Below are positions 1 through 11,759 of a stretch of DNA of 64,000 bases, one piece after another. Under the pieces are notes generated by a model. That model had not been told where the DNA came from, searched no databases, and saw only the letters and a list, made by a program, of their open reading frames with translations. How positions within the stretch are numbered: the first letter of the stretch is position 1; the number at the start of each line of letters is the position of its first letter. A program made the position numbers and the translations under genes. Origin of the DNA: Guillardia theta CCMP2712 (lineage: Eukaryota > Protista > Cryptophyta); the NCBI RefSeq assembly GCF_000315625.1, contig NW_005434606.1, positions 123,154 through 187,153 on the forward strand, read 5' to 3'.

Positions 1-30
1 GATGACGACGACGACGACGACGACGACGAC

Positions 31-83
<53 letters not shown>

Positions 84-96
84 CGATGATGATGAT
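1..96. repeat. (GAY)n trinucleotide microsatellite
   Basis: gatgacgac...gatgatgat run read directly. Confidence 0.95.
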
Positions 97-583
97 CGGG
101 AGGAGGAGGAGATTGTGACATTTTGGACTTGCTCAGGGGCAACACGAGGATCCTGAATGTCGTCTGCTCATCGTGCGAGGTCTCAATCGTCGGTCTGACC
201 TTCCTCTCTGGCAATGTGCTGAGCGAGCGACTGGAGGCTGCGCCCAACGTGCTGGTGAGATCGGGAAGCAGGAGGGAGGGGAAGACAGAGGCAAAGGATG
301 GAGCAGGACGGGGGGGGGAGGGGGGGGTGAAGTGAGCTGAGGAGAGGAAGAGGGGATATGGAGGGGAGTCGAGGGTGGAATGTGGGGGGGAGGATGTGTG
401 GTAGGATGACGTACTGTCAGATTGAGAACGGAACGTGGTTGGGCATCTCGAGAGTTTGCGGGCAGGGGCGAGACTGGAGGGGGATGGGAGGGTCTGTTTG
501 GTTTGGAGGAAGCGGAAGGTGAGGACAGCTGTGCTGTTATGATGGAGGAGGAGGATGTTGAGAGGATGGGAGAAGGAGGAGAG

Positions 584-618
<35 letters not shown>

Positions 619-845
619 AGAGAGGAAGTGAAGATGGAGGGAGGGGGGGGCGAAGGGGGGGAGAGGAGGAGGAGGAGGAGGAGGAGAGGGAGATTTTGAA
701 GGAATTCATGGACTCTGCTGGATTGAAATTGACATGTTAGAATTGTGACTGTCGTATGAAGGTACACAATCAGAGATTGCTCTTTCTTGAACAGCAGCGC
801 ACAATGGTACGAGGCGCAAACAGGAGAAGGAGGAGGAGCAACAAG

Positions 846-1792
846 NNNNNNNNNNNNNNNNNNNNNNNNNNNNNNNNNNNNNNNNNNNNNNNNNNNNNNN
901 NNNNNNNNNNNNNNNNNNNNNNNNNNNNNNNNNNNNNNNNNNNNNNNNNNNNNNNNNNNNNNNNNNNNNNNNNNNNNNNNNNNNNNNNNNNNNNNNNNNN
1001 NNNNNNNNNNNNNNNNNNNNNNNNNNNNNNNNNNNNNNNNNNNNNNNNNNNNNNNNNNNNNNNNNNNNNNNNNNNNNNNNNNNNNNNNNNNNNNNNNNNN
1101 NNNNNNNNNNNNNNNNNNNNNNNNNNNNNNNNNNNNNNNNNNNNNNNNNNNNNNNNNNNNNNNNNNNNNNNNNNNNNNNNNNNNNNNNNNNNNNNNNNNN
1201 NNNNNNNNNNNNNNNNNNNNNNNNNNNNNNNNNNNNNNNNNNNNNNNNNNNNNNNNNNNNNNNNNNNNNNNNNNNNNNNNNNNNNNNNNNNNNNNNNNNN
1301 NNNNNNNNNNNNNNNNNNNNNNNNNNNNNNNNNNNNNNNNNNNNNNNNNNNNNNNNNNNNNNNNNNNNNNNNNNNNNNNNNNNNNNNNNNNNNNNNNNNN
1401 NNNNNNNNNNNNNNNNNNNNNNNNNNNNNNNNNNNNNNNNNNNNNNNNNNNNNNNNNNNNNNNNNNNNNNNNNNNNNNNNNNNNNNNNNNNNNNNNNNNN
1501 NNNNNNNNNNNNNNNNNNNNNNNNNNNNNNNNNNNNNNNNNNNNNNNNNNNNNNNNNNNNNNNNNNNNNNNNNNNNNNNNNNNNNNNNNNNNNNNNNNNN
1601 NNNNNNNNNNNNNNNNNNNNNNNNNNNNNNNNNNNNNNNNNNNNNNNNNNNNNNNNNNNNNNNNNNNNNNNNNNNNNNNNNNNNNNNNNNNNNNNNNNNN
1701 NNNNNNNNNNNNNNNNNNNNNNNNNNNNNNNNNNNNNNNNNNNNNNNNNNNNNNNNNNNNNNNNNNNNNNNNNNNNNNNNNNNNNNNNNNNN
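846..1792. other. Assembly gap (N run)
   Basis: N run, followed by a (TCC)n tract on the right. Confidence 0.99.
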
Positions 1793-1962
1793 ACTACTCC
1801 TCCTCCTCCTCCTCCTCCTCGCACTACTCCTCCTCCTCCTCCTCCTCCTCCTCCTCCTCCTCCTCCTCCTCCTCCTCCTGCATATCCTGCTCCGCCTGTT
1901 CTTTTCTCCTCCTCCTTTCATCTCGTCTGTCTGCTCTTCACGCTCTCTCTTCCAGGCTTCAG

Positions 1963-2100
1963 GTCACAGACGGCACATTCTGGCGCTTTCTAGTTCGTAC
2001 GACCTACTTCCAGACGCTGACGGCTGCTCTCAATGTCACGTGTGACGCCCCGCGATCAACAGCGTAAGAGATCCTGCTCCTGCTGCTCCTGCTGCTCCTG

Positions 2101-2182
<82 letters not shown>

Positions 2183-2713
2183 TCCTGCTCGTCCCCATTC
2201 CCTGCCTCCCTGCTTCCACTTCCTCCTCTTCCTCAGGCACTCGCAGGTGTCACATTACAAGGACCAAAGAGACGGGATGGGTTGCGACCAAGACGTCAGC
2301 TGTTCCTCCCTTTGAGCGGCCGGGAGAGATTTACCTGCAGCACGTGTCTGCCATCGTACGTTCCCCTTCCCTCCTCTTCTTCCACCTCCGCCACCTCTCT
2401 TTCTCTCCCACTTCCATGCCCCCCTCCTCCACCACCATCTCCTCGGCCTCCTCCTCCCTCCCTCCCTCCTTCCCTCCCTCCCTCCTTCCCTCCCTCCCTT
2501 CCCACTTCGTCTTCAGCATCCTCCCGTCCTCAACCCTCATCACGATCGGCAGGTCGAGCTCTCCTCCTTTCTCGATGAGGAGGGGAACCTTTCGGTCTCC
2601 TGTAAGCTGCAGCACACGGAATGTCTGCGCCCAGAGCTTAATCCCCACCAGTGCTTCGCCAAGCGCTTTCTGCGCGCTCCCTGCTGCCTTTTTGACACCA
2701 AGTGCGAGAAATA
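1963..2713 (+). CDS. 3' exons of a multi-exon hypothetical gene (5' part probably in or beyond the gap)
   Basis: Exon-like blocks bounded by AG/GT between repeat tracts, e.g. VTDGTFWRFLVRTTYFQTLTAALNVTCD and a Cys-rich last block ...CFAKRFLRAPCCLFDTKCEK-stop. No family recognised; boundaries approximate. Confidence 0.35.
2069..2189. repeat. (CCTGCT)n intronic microsatellite
   Basis: Direct reading. Confidence 0.9.
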
Positions 2714-2986
2714 GCGGGAGGAGGCGACAGGAAACATCGCAAGTGCCGCCCCTCGTGTAATCTAGATATGGCGAAATTGTAATTGTCGTGAATGTTGTTG
2801 TTGGGTGATGATGATGGAGATGATGATGGAGAGGATGATAATGAGAGGATGGAGGTGAGAGATGAAGTTCGAACATATGTTGTTGTAAGATATAACTTGT
2901 GCATAAGAAAGTGTATCCTTCCCTCTGCTCTTCCTTCTTCCTTCTCCTCCTCTTCCTTCTCCTCCTCTTCCTCCTCTTCCTCCTCC

Positions 2987-5382
2987 TCAAACTTCGGCCT
3001 GAGCCCTCTCTTTGTCCTCTACTTCCTTCCGCTCTTTCTCCCAACCGCCAGTGATCGTCTTGAGCCACAGAGGAGGAACCGCGAGCAATTTCTGAGGAAG
3101 CGATCAGGGAGGCAAGAGGGGTAGGGGAGAGGAAGGGTTGGAGGGGAGGGGTCATACCTGTTCTCGGGAAAGGAAAGCTCGCTTGTTGAAGTTGTCGTAG
3201 TCGTTCTTCTCCAACTCATCCAGAATTCCCTTGTAGAGCTCGGCAGCCACTGCGACCGGCAGCTGTGGCAAGGCGTCAGATCCGCTGCTGCTGCTGCTTC
3301 TCCTCCACTACCACCACCGCCACCACCTCTTTCTCCTGTCCCTCCTTCTCCTTCGTCCTCCATCCTCTCCCTTCACCTCTGCGCTCTGCCCCTCAACAGT
3401 AGCTCCCTCACGTGCTCACTTCTTGCCATCTTCTCTCCCTCTTTCCTCCCCATCAACCAGATGTCTCCTCCTCCTCCTCCTCCTCCTCCTCCTCCCCCTC
3501 CCTCCTTCCTCGTCCTCCCTCAGTTCCCCTCCTCTCAACCCACCTGAGCCCCCGGAGCCAACAGAGCAATCCCCTCCTCCGCCTCCTTGTAGTACTGTCT
3601 CGCCCTCGCGATCTCGAACTTCATCAGGTTTCTGTAATTCTCGTCCACCGCTCCACCGTTCCGGCTCCTCTCGAAGATGCTCTCCTGCCATGTTGTCAGC
3701 GGACCGGACCTCCTCTCCCCACTCCTTCCTCCCTCCGTCCTCTGTCCTCTTTCTCCCTCCTCCCTCCGTCCTCTGTCCTCTTTCTCCCTCCTCCCTCCGT
3801 CCTCTGTCCTCTTTCTCCCTCCCCCGTCTCAGCCTTCTTCCTCCCACTCTCGCTCCTTCCACTGCCCATCCTTCGTTCCTGCCTCCCCTCCCCTCTCTCT
3901 CCTCTCACCTCCGTCACTCCGAATCTCTTCAGGTCCTCGATCGGCAAGTAGATCCTCCCTCTGTCCCGCGCATCCTCCCCGACATCCCTCAGGATGTTGG
4001 TGATCTGCAGCGCGATCCCTAGCGCCACAGCAGGCGTGCGAGCGTCGTCGACTCCCACTCCCTTGGCCGTTCCCATGACAGGCAGCGTCATCAGCCCAAC
4101 AGTAGCAGCGACGCGGTAGCAGTAGAGGTACAGCTCTTCCCACGTCTCGTACCGCCTGTCGTCGATGTCCATTTGCATGCCCCGGATCATGTCTCGGTAA
4201 GGCTCGATGTCGCTCCCCGGGTACTGCTGCAGCATGTCCTTGAACGCCAAGTCGAACGAGTCAAGACCCGCCTGCCCTCCCCTGTCGCTCCACATGCTGT
4301 CCAGCCGCGCCATCCACTCCTCCAGCAGCTTCCTCTGCGTCTCCGGGTTCGGATCAGCCTTTGGTCCATCCACAATCTCGTCGACTCGCCGGCACCAGGC
4401 GTAGATCGCCCACGTGGCCTTGGCCTGCAGCGGCTCCATGGCGAGAGTCGCGAGGAAGAACGTCTTGGCGTACTCGCTCGTTAGTTTCTTGCACTCCTCG
4501 TACGCCGAGTCCAGCTGAGACTCTCGGGCCTGTCGAGCTGGGGTCAGCACGAAAGGAGGTAGAATCGATGCAACAAGGAGGATGAAGCACAAGATAGTAA
4601 GGAGGAGGAACAGGAGGGAATGAGGGAGAGAGGAGAGAGAGAGGAAGAAGACCAGAGGGAGGGATGGAGAAAGAGAGGGAGGATGACGAGGAGAGCAAGG
4701 AGGAAGGTGGAGGGAGGGGGGGAGGGTATGAGGGGAGGATTACCTCCTGCAGGAGTTTGTCAGCATTCTTCGAGGATCCGCTGACGGCGCTCAGGAACTC
4801 ATAGCAGTCGATTTGCGAGTCCTTGTCCGAGTCCATAGCATCTACCAGCGAGCTGATCATGCCGTCCGTTACCCCCTGCGGGAACTCGTTCTTCAAGCAG
4901 CGATTCAAGTCGTCGATGCTCAGCTTCCCGTCCTCATCCGTGTCGTACTTGACGAAGAGCTTCAGCGCGTTGAACCGGTACTCCTTGCTCTCGTCCAACT
5001 TGATCCGCAGCACGTCGATCGCCTCCGTGGGCTGACAGCCGTTCCCCCGCTGCATAATCCTGTTTGCGTACCTGAACTGATACTCGATAATCCTCGGCAG
5101 GTTGATGAGCAGCTTGCCGAAGCCGTCCAGCGTGCCTAGAGCAGCAACGGCGACAAGAGGAGCCGTCAGAGCACCGAGAACGCTGATAGCCATATGAGGA
5201 GAGGTCGATTTCTTCGCCCGGCAGGCGGGTCGAGGTTGGGGGAAGGCAAGAGACGTAGAGTGAGGCAGTTGATGCTTGAGAGCTGCAGCGCTAGCAGATC
5301 GCAAGGAGAGAGTGTTGCCGACGAAGGCATGACAGAGAGGAATCAGAGCGAGCAAGGACAAGGCCAAACAAGACGATCTCAT
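2987..5382 (-). CDS. PSY: Plastid-targeted phytoene synthase with an N-terminal EF-hand pair (~536 aa). Exons 5382-4744, 4529-3909, 3684-3544, 3262-3158, 3091-2987.
   Basis: All four introns are GT-AG and phase 0, with CTGAC/CTGAT branch points. PSY motifs: [73 protein letters not shown]-terminus has a signal peptide ending CHA-FV and a Ser/Ala/Arg-rich transit peptide. EF loops [12 protein letters not shown] and [12 protein letters not shown]. Confidence 0.93.
3725..3825. repeat. ~32-bp tandem repeat x3 in PSY intron 2
   Basis: cctccctccgtcctctgtcctctttctccct repeated. Confidence 0.85.
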
Positions 5383-6304
5383 GGTAGAGGTTGCAGACGG
5401 GTCGAGAAAACTTGACTCTTAGATTTGCAGCATGTGATCAGAATTCAACTGGCTGACGGACGTCCTGCTGGTACACAAGCACACGAAACTTCATGCCCTG
5501 CTGACCTGTTCAACAACAATCAAGGAGGAAAACCCTACTCGAAAACAAGATACAGATGAACGAAAACTCATGGACTGTTCAGAGAGGAGAGGAGAGTCGA
5601 TGAGCGGCGACGACACGGGGAGGTAGAGGACAAAGGGTTTGATGTAGAATACAAGTCTTGTGAGAGTCAGATGTTGTTGAGAGGAAGAAGGAGACGCGAG
5701 AGGGAAGCGTGAGGGAGCAGCAAAATTTGCAGAGGAAAGAAGCGCGGAGCAGGGATGGAGCTCAAGGAGGCAGGAGAGCAGGAGATGTGGTGAGATGATG
5801 GGACCGAGGGTGAGAGAGAGAGAGGTAGCAGCAAGGAAGAGATGATGAGGAGGAGTGGAAGGAATGGGGGAAGGGAGGAGGGGGAGGAGGGTCGGAACGG
5901 GATCTCACCGCCATGCTGGAGGCCGCTCGCTTTGCAAGTCTTGTAGGAAGATCGCCAATTCAACAGTTCTTGTTTTTGTTTTAAGATATCAGTACTGAAA
6001 CCTCCCTCTCAACAAACTTGTTGGCTCTTTTCACTTGAACATAGGGGTAGGGTACTATAAAATTGACCGGTGCTAAGTATGGGAACATAACCGGTACTCA
6101 AGAGTCGTTCCACGCTTTCCTCGACGTGTTCTAAAAGACTCATTTCAAGATTGCAGTCGGTACTTCAATCTTCCTGAGTAAATTTGAAATAATCTGAATT
6201 ATACACATATTACATTTCAAGTGGCGTAGTGAAAGTAGTCTTTGACTATAGGCCATCTATGAATGGAGCATGTTTCATAGTGTGTGAATCCTTGAAGATT
6301 GACT

Positions 6305-6450
6305 ATAGCCGGGGCTCACTGTGATGGCGCGCGCCCGGCCCGGGCCGCCACTCAGCGGCCCGGCGGGACTCCGGCCCGGTGAATCATCGGAGGCTCAGTG
6401 CGCGGGGGATGCCCGAACGGATCTGCCGCCGTACGGTAGTACAACGGGAT
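6305..6450. promoter_or_regulatory. GC-rich intergenic island between the divergent PSY and PDZ genes
   Basis: CpG-rich ccggcccgggcc-type sequence similar to the islands at 13.3, 15.9, 40.7, 42.3 and 52.0 kb; function inferred. Confidence 0.35.
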
Positions 6451-7039
6451 GTAACGGACATTTGACTGTGCCGCGAAAAACGCCAGCGACGACACTGAGG
6501 CTGACGATGACCGTACTCGTCTCGGAAGAAGGAGAGAGAGAGAGACTCTGACAACTTGAAGAGCAGGGAGAGAGAAGAATGGGGAAGTGAGAGGGAGAGG
6601 GAGAGAGAGAAGAATGGGTGGCTCGGAGGGAGAGGAAGAGGGAGAGGAAGACCCGGGAGATCGGACTCGCCCGGCAAGGAAGGCCCAGGGAGGCCTGAAT
6701 CATACTGAGAGGCAGGGAGTGGGAGCCTGAGGAGGAGAGGGAGAGAGCCGGGACTCCAGGAAGAGACTGAGGGCAAGAGAGACAGGAAGAGATCGGGGAG
6801 GACTGAGGGAGGTGAACATTCAACTTGAAGAGGGAGAGAGATGGGGAGGTAGGGGAAACGGGTGACCGTCCCTGAACTTCCAGGCTAAGACACGATCAGA
6901 GAGGAGCTGAGAGGGTCGGAGGGAGGACTGAGCCGGGCAGATGTTTGCCACACTGCGGAGAAGAAAACTCCATTGAAACGTGGTCATGGCCAGTGCGAGG
7001 CCTGAGACAGGGAGGGGAGACAAGGGGCAGCAGGAGCTC

Positions 7040-8025
7040 ATGTGCGCGCGGGGACTGAACTTTGGCTGCTCCAGGAGCGCTGCTCTCTTCCCAGCGCACA
7101 GGTTACTCCGAGTCGTCGTGAAGAGGAAGTCGAGAGGAGGATGGGGGAGGTGCAGAGTTGCCTCAGCTGCGAGTCTAAGCGCACGTCAACGAGCTCCAAG
7201 AGGATCCCAGCGACTGAGAACGCGAGGAGCTCCTGGCCCGGGGCTGATCGAGACTCGGTGAGACATAAGGACTTGCTGCCCTGCCTCGCTGTCTCGCTGA
7301 CTTTGACTGGTCGCAGCCAGTTGACTCGCCCAAGGTAAGACCCGTCTAAACGCAGCGCTCGATCGAGTTGAATGCGCTTGTCCTCCAGTCACAGAAGAAC
7401 ATCAAGCTCGGCACCGCCCAGAGAACATCTAGCGTGAGTTTGGATAGTTGGGATCTTCTCCTATCTACTCAATCTTCTCCTCTCGACTCATTGCCGTACA
7501 CTCCTTCTCTTTACGTTACCACAGAGCAACAGCCTGGAGAAGGTGGGCATCGGCGCCTACTTCAAGCGAGGCATGGATAATGACGTGGAAGTCTTAGAGA
7601 TCAAGGTACAATCGCTGCTGCACCCAGGACTTCTCACTTGGCTGGTAGACTTTCTTGAAAGGAAGCCCTGCCGATGTTTGCAATGACATCAGCGTTGGTG
7701 ATATCATCGTTGCTGTGGAAGGGAAGAGCGTAGAAGGAATCAGTCTAGCAGAGGTAACCCCTCTCCCTCTTCTCTCGCTCTGTCTACTTCTCACTTCCTT
7801 CCTTCCTCCCTCCCCACTCCGTCTCCCCACCCCAACCACTGACGAGTCGACCGACTTTCAGTTGGCTGAGCGGCTCCTGGGACCTCCTGGATCACAAGTG
7901 ACCTGCTCGTTCAAGAAGAGGTGCATGCAGTTGCCTTCGTCGTAACTTCTCACGAGTTTTGATGGGCATGAAGGGAGGATGGCCGCATTTTCACGGTATC
8001 CCTGAAGCGAGGGAGGACGGCATGA
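7040..8025 (+). CDS. Small multi-exon PDZ-domain protein (start uncertain)
   Basis: Spliced reading KVGIGAYFKRG...EIK|TFLKGSPADVCNDISVGDIIVAVEGKSVEGISLAE|LAERLLGPPGSQVTCSFKKR|EDGRIFTVSLKR is a PDZ signature; TGA at 8023-8025. Confidence 0.75.
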
Positions 8026-8119
8026 GAGCAGGTTGTGGGTCTGTCGACCTAGAGATCAAGAGACAGCAGCGGCTACGAGATGATTCACATTTATGTTCAC
8101 CAACCTTGTCATACCTAGC

Positions 8120-11080
8120 TTAAGATACGATGTTGTCCCTCACCGTTGCGTCGCAGCCCGGCTCTACCAGCAGCTGGCTCTGCCCTCTGTTGTACGAGAG
8201 ACGGTTGTCGCTGACCATCCCTCGCCCGGCCTGCGACACGAAGACACCGGCGCCCTTGTTCTCCCTCACCACGTTGCCTCTCACGATCGGGTTCGCTCTC
8301 CGTAGGATTGCAATGCCGTTGCCCTGGTGGCCGGAGATCGTGTTCCTCTCGATGATCCCAGCAGACTCGTCCGTTATCAGCACCCCGTGCTGCAGGCAGT
8401 CCTTCACCAGATTGTTCTTCACCACAGGCGCTGACCCCATTGTGATACAGATCCCTGACCCAGCACCAGCCCCGTGCCCAGCCCTTATCACCGTGTTGGA
8501 CTCGATGTACCCTTTGCCGTTGTGCGAGACCTTGATCCCATCTGAGTGCGACTCGAGGATCTGGTTCTTCGTCACCCGCGGCTCAGCCTCGCTCTCGATG
8601 AGCAGCCCGATCCCAGCGTTGGCCCGAATCGTGTTCCCGTCTATCAGGCCTCGCCCAGCAAAGCACACAGAGATCCCGTCCCCCTCGCTCTCCCGGATCG
8701 TGTTGTTCCTCACCACAGGATTCGCTCGGTTCATGATGTACAGCCCAACCGACTGGTTGCAGTAAATGTCGTTCTCCTCGATCGTTCCCAGCCCTTCTTC
8801 CACGCACGTCACCCCGCAGCTTCCGCTGTGGTGGATTTGGTTCCCCCGGATCAGCGGGTCTGCGCTGTTAGCCACATAGACGTTGGGGTGAGCGTTGCAG
8901 TAGATGTCGTTGTCTTCTATTGTCCCCTTTCCTCCCTTGAGCACAGAGATCCCGCAGCTGTTCCCGTCGTGGATGCTGTTTTCCCTCACCACAGGGTCTG
9001 CACCGTCCTCGATCGATATCCCCACCTGCCCATTGTGGCTGATGTCATTCTTCTGGATCTGTATGCCTAAGCCCCCGTAGATTTTGATCCCGTCTCCCTT
9101 GCCATGCCTGATCCTGCATCTCCTCACAATCGTATCTACACTGTCGTCCATTCCAACACCGGGGAACGCGTTTTCACAGATGTCACACCCATCAATCAAA
9201 GCTCCTCCCTTGCCAAACAGGAAGAATCCGTTTTGACCACACCTGTTCACCCTGCACCTGTAAGAAGACAGCCTGGCTCCATCCCTGATCACTATCCCCA
9301 CCCCGCACACGCTTGTCACATCGCACTCCTCGAGGATCAGTGACCCTCCTGCCACATCGATGCAGCGCGTGCAGTCCCTTCCCTCCTGTGAGATTTGCGA
9401 GAGATGGATGAGCGAAAGTCCCTTGACGAGAGCCCCTGATGCATTGCAGACCACAACAGGCCTCACCGTCACTCCTTGAATCTCAACTCGGCAGTAGCCC
9501 GACGCTGTTTGACTCGCCTGCAGCGTGATTGCCTTGTCAATGAACAGCTCCTCCTGATACTTGCCCTCCATGATCTCGATGGTCATCCCATCACTGGCTG
9601 CCCTGAGTGCTTGTGAGATGCTTCCAAACTGATCTCTGCCTGGTCTCTTCGACACATAAAGTGTGTCTGACGTGCGAATGTTCGCAAACCGGTTCGAAAT
9701 GCTGGAGTCACTGCTGTCGTCCGAGCGTCTAGGAAGGCGAGTAGCCGGTGACATGCTGTGCTCGTAGTTTGCCCCTGCCCCCATCGGTTCTGCTGTCAAC
9801 CTCTGAGCATCCGGTTGTTCCGTAGGACTTCCCCTCTGCCCTGTCAAGCGACGAGGAGCTGGAGGGGGCGAGGATCCAGGGCCTTTGACGAGCACAGGCT
9901 CAGCCTCCGCTGCGGGCGATGGCTTCAAGAATTTGTATTCGACAATCTCAGCCGCCGATGGCCTCTTCTTTGGATCAGGTTGCAGCATCGAAGAAAGAAG
10001 CGAATGAATGTCTGGCCCATACAAGTCCATCACCGGCTGTATGACCTTGACAATCGCCTTCGGGTCGACTTGAACTTGAGTCGCCAAGGACCCTGGTCTC
10101 TCATGCATGAACTTCAGTGTTGCCATGTCACACACAACACATCCTAGCCCCCAGATGTCCGTCTTGAAATCATAGCCGTGGCCCATCTGAACTTCCGGGC
10201 TCTCGTACCCTGGGGTGCCGCACTGGGTCATCGCGAGCTTGCTTTGAGTGACCCCATGTCTTGCAAGACCAAAGTCAGCTATCTTCAGATCTCCTTCTGC
10301 ATCTAGCAACACGTTCATAGGCTTGACGTCACGATGGATGACCTTCTGAGAGTGCAGATACTTGAGGGCTTCACAAAGTTGCAAGATCCACATTTTCACC
10401 CTCCGCACGCTGATCGGCTTCTTCTTGCTTCTCTGACGACACAGCATTTGATAAAGATCGCCCCCGGAACAGAACTCCATAACAATCCCGACATAATTAC
10501 CCTTAGTGAGGTCTGAACCAAGAAATACTTCGTTGTAAGATACAACGTGCCTGTGTTTCAGCCGAGAGAGCATCATCGCCTCTTCAATCGCCTTGTTAGT
10601 TTCTTGAAGCCCAGAACAATAAATCTGCTTCAACACTGTCTGCTGTCCAGTCCTTTTATCCGTCGCCAAGTAGGTCGTGCCCTGCCCGCCGGTTCCAAGA
10701 ACCTTGCCAATCTCAAAGTAGTCGCTCTTGCCTTCATCAGTGGAAGCATGATCCATACCATCGATCGTCGAGGCTCCGAAGGGTGCCAAAGTAGATGCAG
10801 TCCTTGGGATCTGCGAGTTCACAGGTTTCGATGAATTCTTGGATATCACAGGATCACTGCCAGCTGAGACGTACAAAAGGTCGTCGTGAATGACCAAGTC
10901 CAAATGATCGATCTCAGCGCCATGCTTGTTGAAGAGGCGGCAAGTGGAGGGCCTCGGGAAACCAAGCTTGACTCCAATAAGTTCCTTGGTCTCTTGCAGC
11001 GAGGACCCGCATAGCGCTGTTACTCTCGCACCGTCTGGCTCCAAGCTCTGCACAGTGATTCTCTTTTGTGAAGAAGACAT
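8120..11080 (-). CDS. Uninterrupted Ser/Thr kinase (NEK-like) with an N-terminal KHA/DCX-like domain and a C-terminal right-handed parallel beta-helix
   Basis: Kinase motifs GTGGQG, VLK, HRDVKPMN, DFG, GTPGYESPE. N-terminal RLFNKHGAEIDHLDLVIHDDLLYVSAG. About 15 repeats of ~23 aa like GTIEDNDIYCNAHPNVYV. ATG at 11080; a preceding TAG|G may be an acceptor for an upstream exon. Confidence 0.88.
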   Translation of the reverse strand: MSSSQKRITVQSLEPDGARVTALCGSSLQETKELIGVKLGFPRPSTCRLFNKHGAEIDHLDLVIHDDLLYVSAGSDPVISKNSSKPVNSQIPRTASTLAPFGASTIDGMDHASTDEGKSDYFEIGKVLGTGGQGTTYLATDKRTGQQTVLKQIYCSGLQETNKAIEEAMMLSRLKHRHVVSYNEVFLGSDLTKGNYVGIVMEFCSGGDLYQMLCRQRSKKKPISVRRVKMWILQLCEALKYLHSQKVIHRDVKPMNVLLDAEGDLKIADFGLARHGVTQSKLAMTQCGTPGYESPEVQMGHGYDFKTDIWGLGCVVCDMATLKFMHERPGSLATQVQVDPKAIVKVIQPVMDLYGPDIHSLLSSMLQPDPKKRPSAAEIVEYKFLKPSPAAEAEPVLVKGPGSSPPPAPRRLTGQRGSPTEQPDAQRLTAEPMGAGANYEHSMSPATRLPRRSDDSSDSSISNRFANIRTSDTLYVSKRPGRDQFGSISQALRAASDGMTIEIMEGKYQEELFIDKAITLQASQTASGYCRVEIQGVTVRPVVVCNASGALVKGLSLIHLSQISQEGRDCTRCIDVAGGSLILEECDVTSVCGVGIVIRDGARLSSYRCRVNRCGQNGFFLFGKGGALIDGCDICENAFPGVGMDDSVDTIVRRCRIRHGKGDGIKIYGGLGIQIQKNDISHNGQVGISIEDGADPVVRENSIHDGNSCGISVLKGGKGTIEDNDIYCNAHPNVYVANSADPLIRGNQIHHSGSCGVTCVEEGLGTIEENDIYCNQSVGLYIMNRANPVVRNNTIRESEGDGISVCFAGRGLIDGNTIRANAGIGLLIESEAEPRVTKNQILESHSDGIKVSHNGKGYIESNTVIRAGHGAGAGSGICITMGSAPVVKNNLVKDCLQHGVLITDESAGIIERNTISGHQGNGIAILRRANPIVRGNVVRENKGAGVFVSQAGRGMVSDNRLSYNRGQSQLLVEPGCDATVRDNIVS

Positions 11081-11759
11081 TGCCACCTAGTCAAGAGCTG
11101 GTTTTGCAAGCAAGGTTCTTCTATCTTTGGTGGAAAATGCACAGCCAACCTTTCAAAAGAATCGAACTTCAACCTCCTACTAGACGCTGACGTCACACCT
11201 TACTATGATGCAAAACCCGCTGAAGTATCATGATATTTATCCCACTCTTCCAACAGAGATTCCACCTTTCACAGCAACAATCCGAATTCGGCCTCTCTAC
11301 CTTGCTTCAATCTACGGGTTCCGATGCAGAACTTTGATCTTTTCCCACTTCTCTTGTACGCACCTTGAAGGATGAATAGCAATGCTCGCTCACTTGACTG
11401 TTCACTGTCTCGCGTTCCCTAACAAGAAGCTGTATCCACAGACTGCTCTCCTTCTTCCCAAACAAGTGTTATGTGCAGCCTATCCGGTTTTAGTTCGAAT
11501 AGGCTTCTTCTAGACAGTTCAGCAAGGCTCCGGAACCCTGTGATGTCTTGTAATCACTCGTACTGCACTTCCGCAACACTTTTCCCCAGTGTCCGAGCGG
11601 TCAGATTTCCTCTTGAAGAGCTCAATCACCTCTGAAATTCACGTTGAAAAAACTCTTTTCTTGTCTTTTGCAGATATCTTCATCCTCTGCTCCATCACGC
11701 TTCTCCGCATCCTACCGCTCGTGCCACTTCCGGTACCTCCATTCCTTCCGCCATTGTTG

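Noticed and set aside
706-2067. Long ORFs spanning the first gap
   Set aside because: Artefacts of translating Ns and (TCC)n
4354-5382. Stand-alone calmodulin-like gene separate from PSY
   Set aside because: The ORF turns low-complexity exactly at a GT donor (4743) that joins the PSY exon in frame
11090-11720. Possible extra small gene or 5' exons of the kinase
   Set aside because: Coding-like composition, but I could not establish a consistent spliced frame
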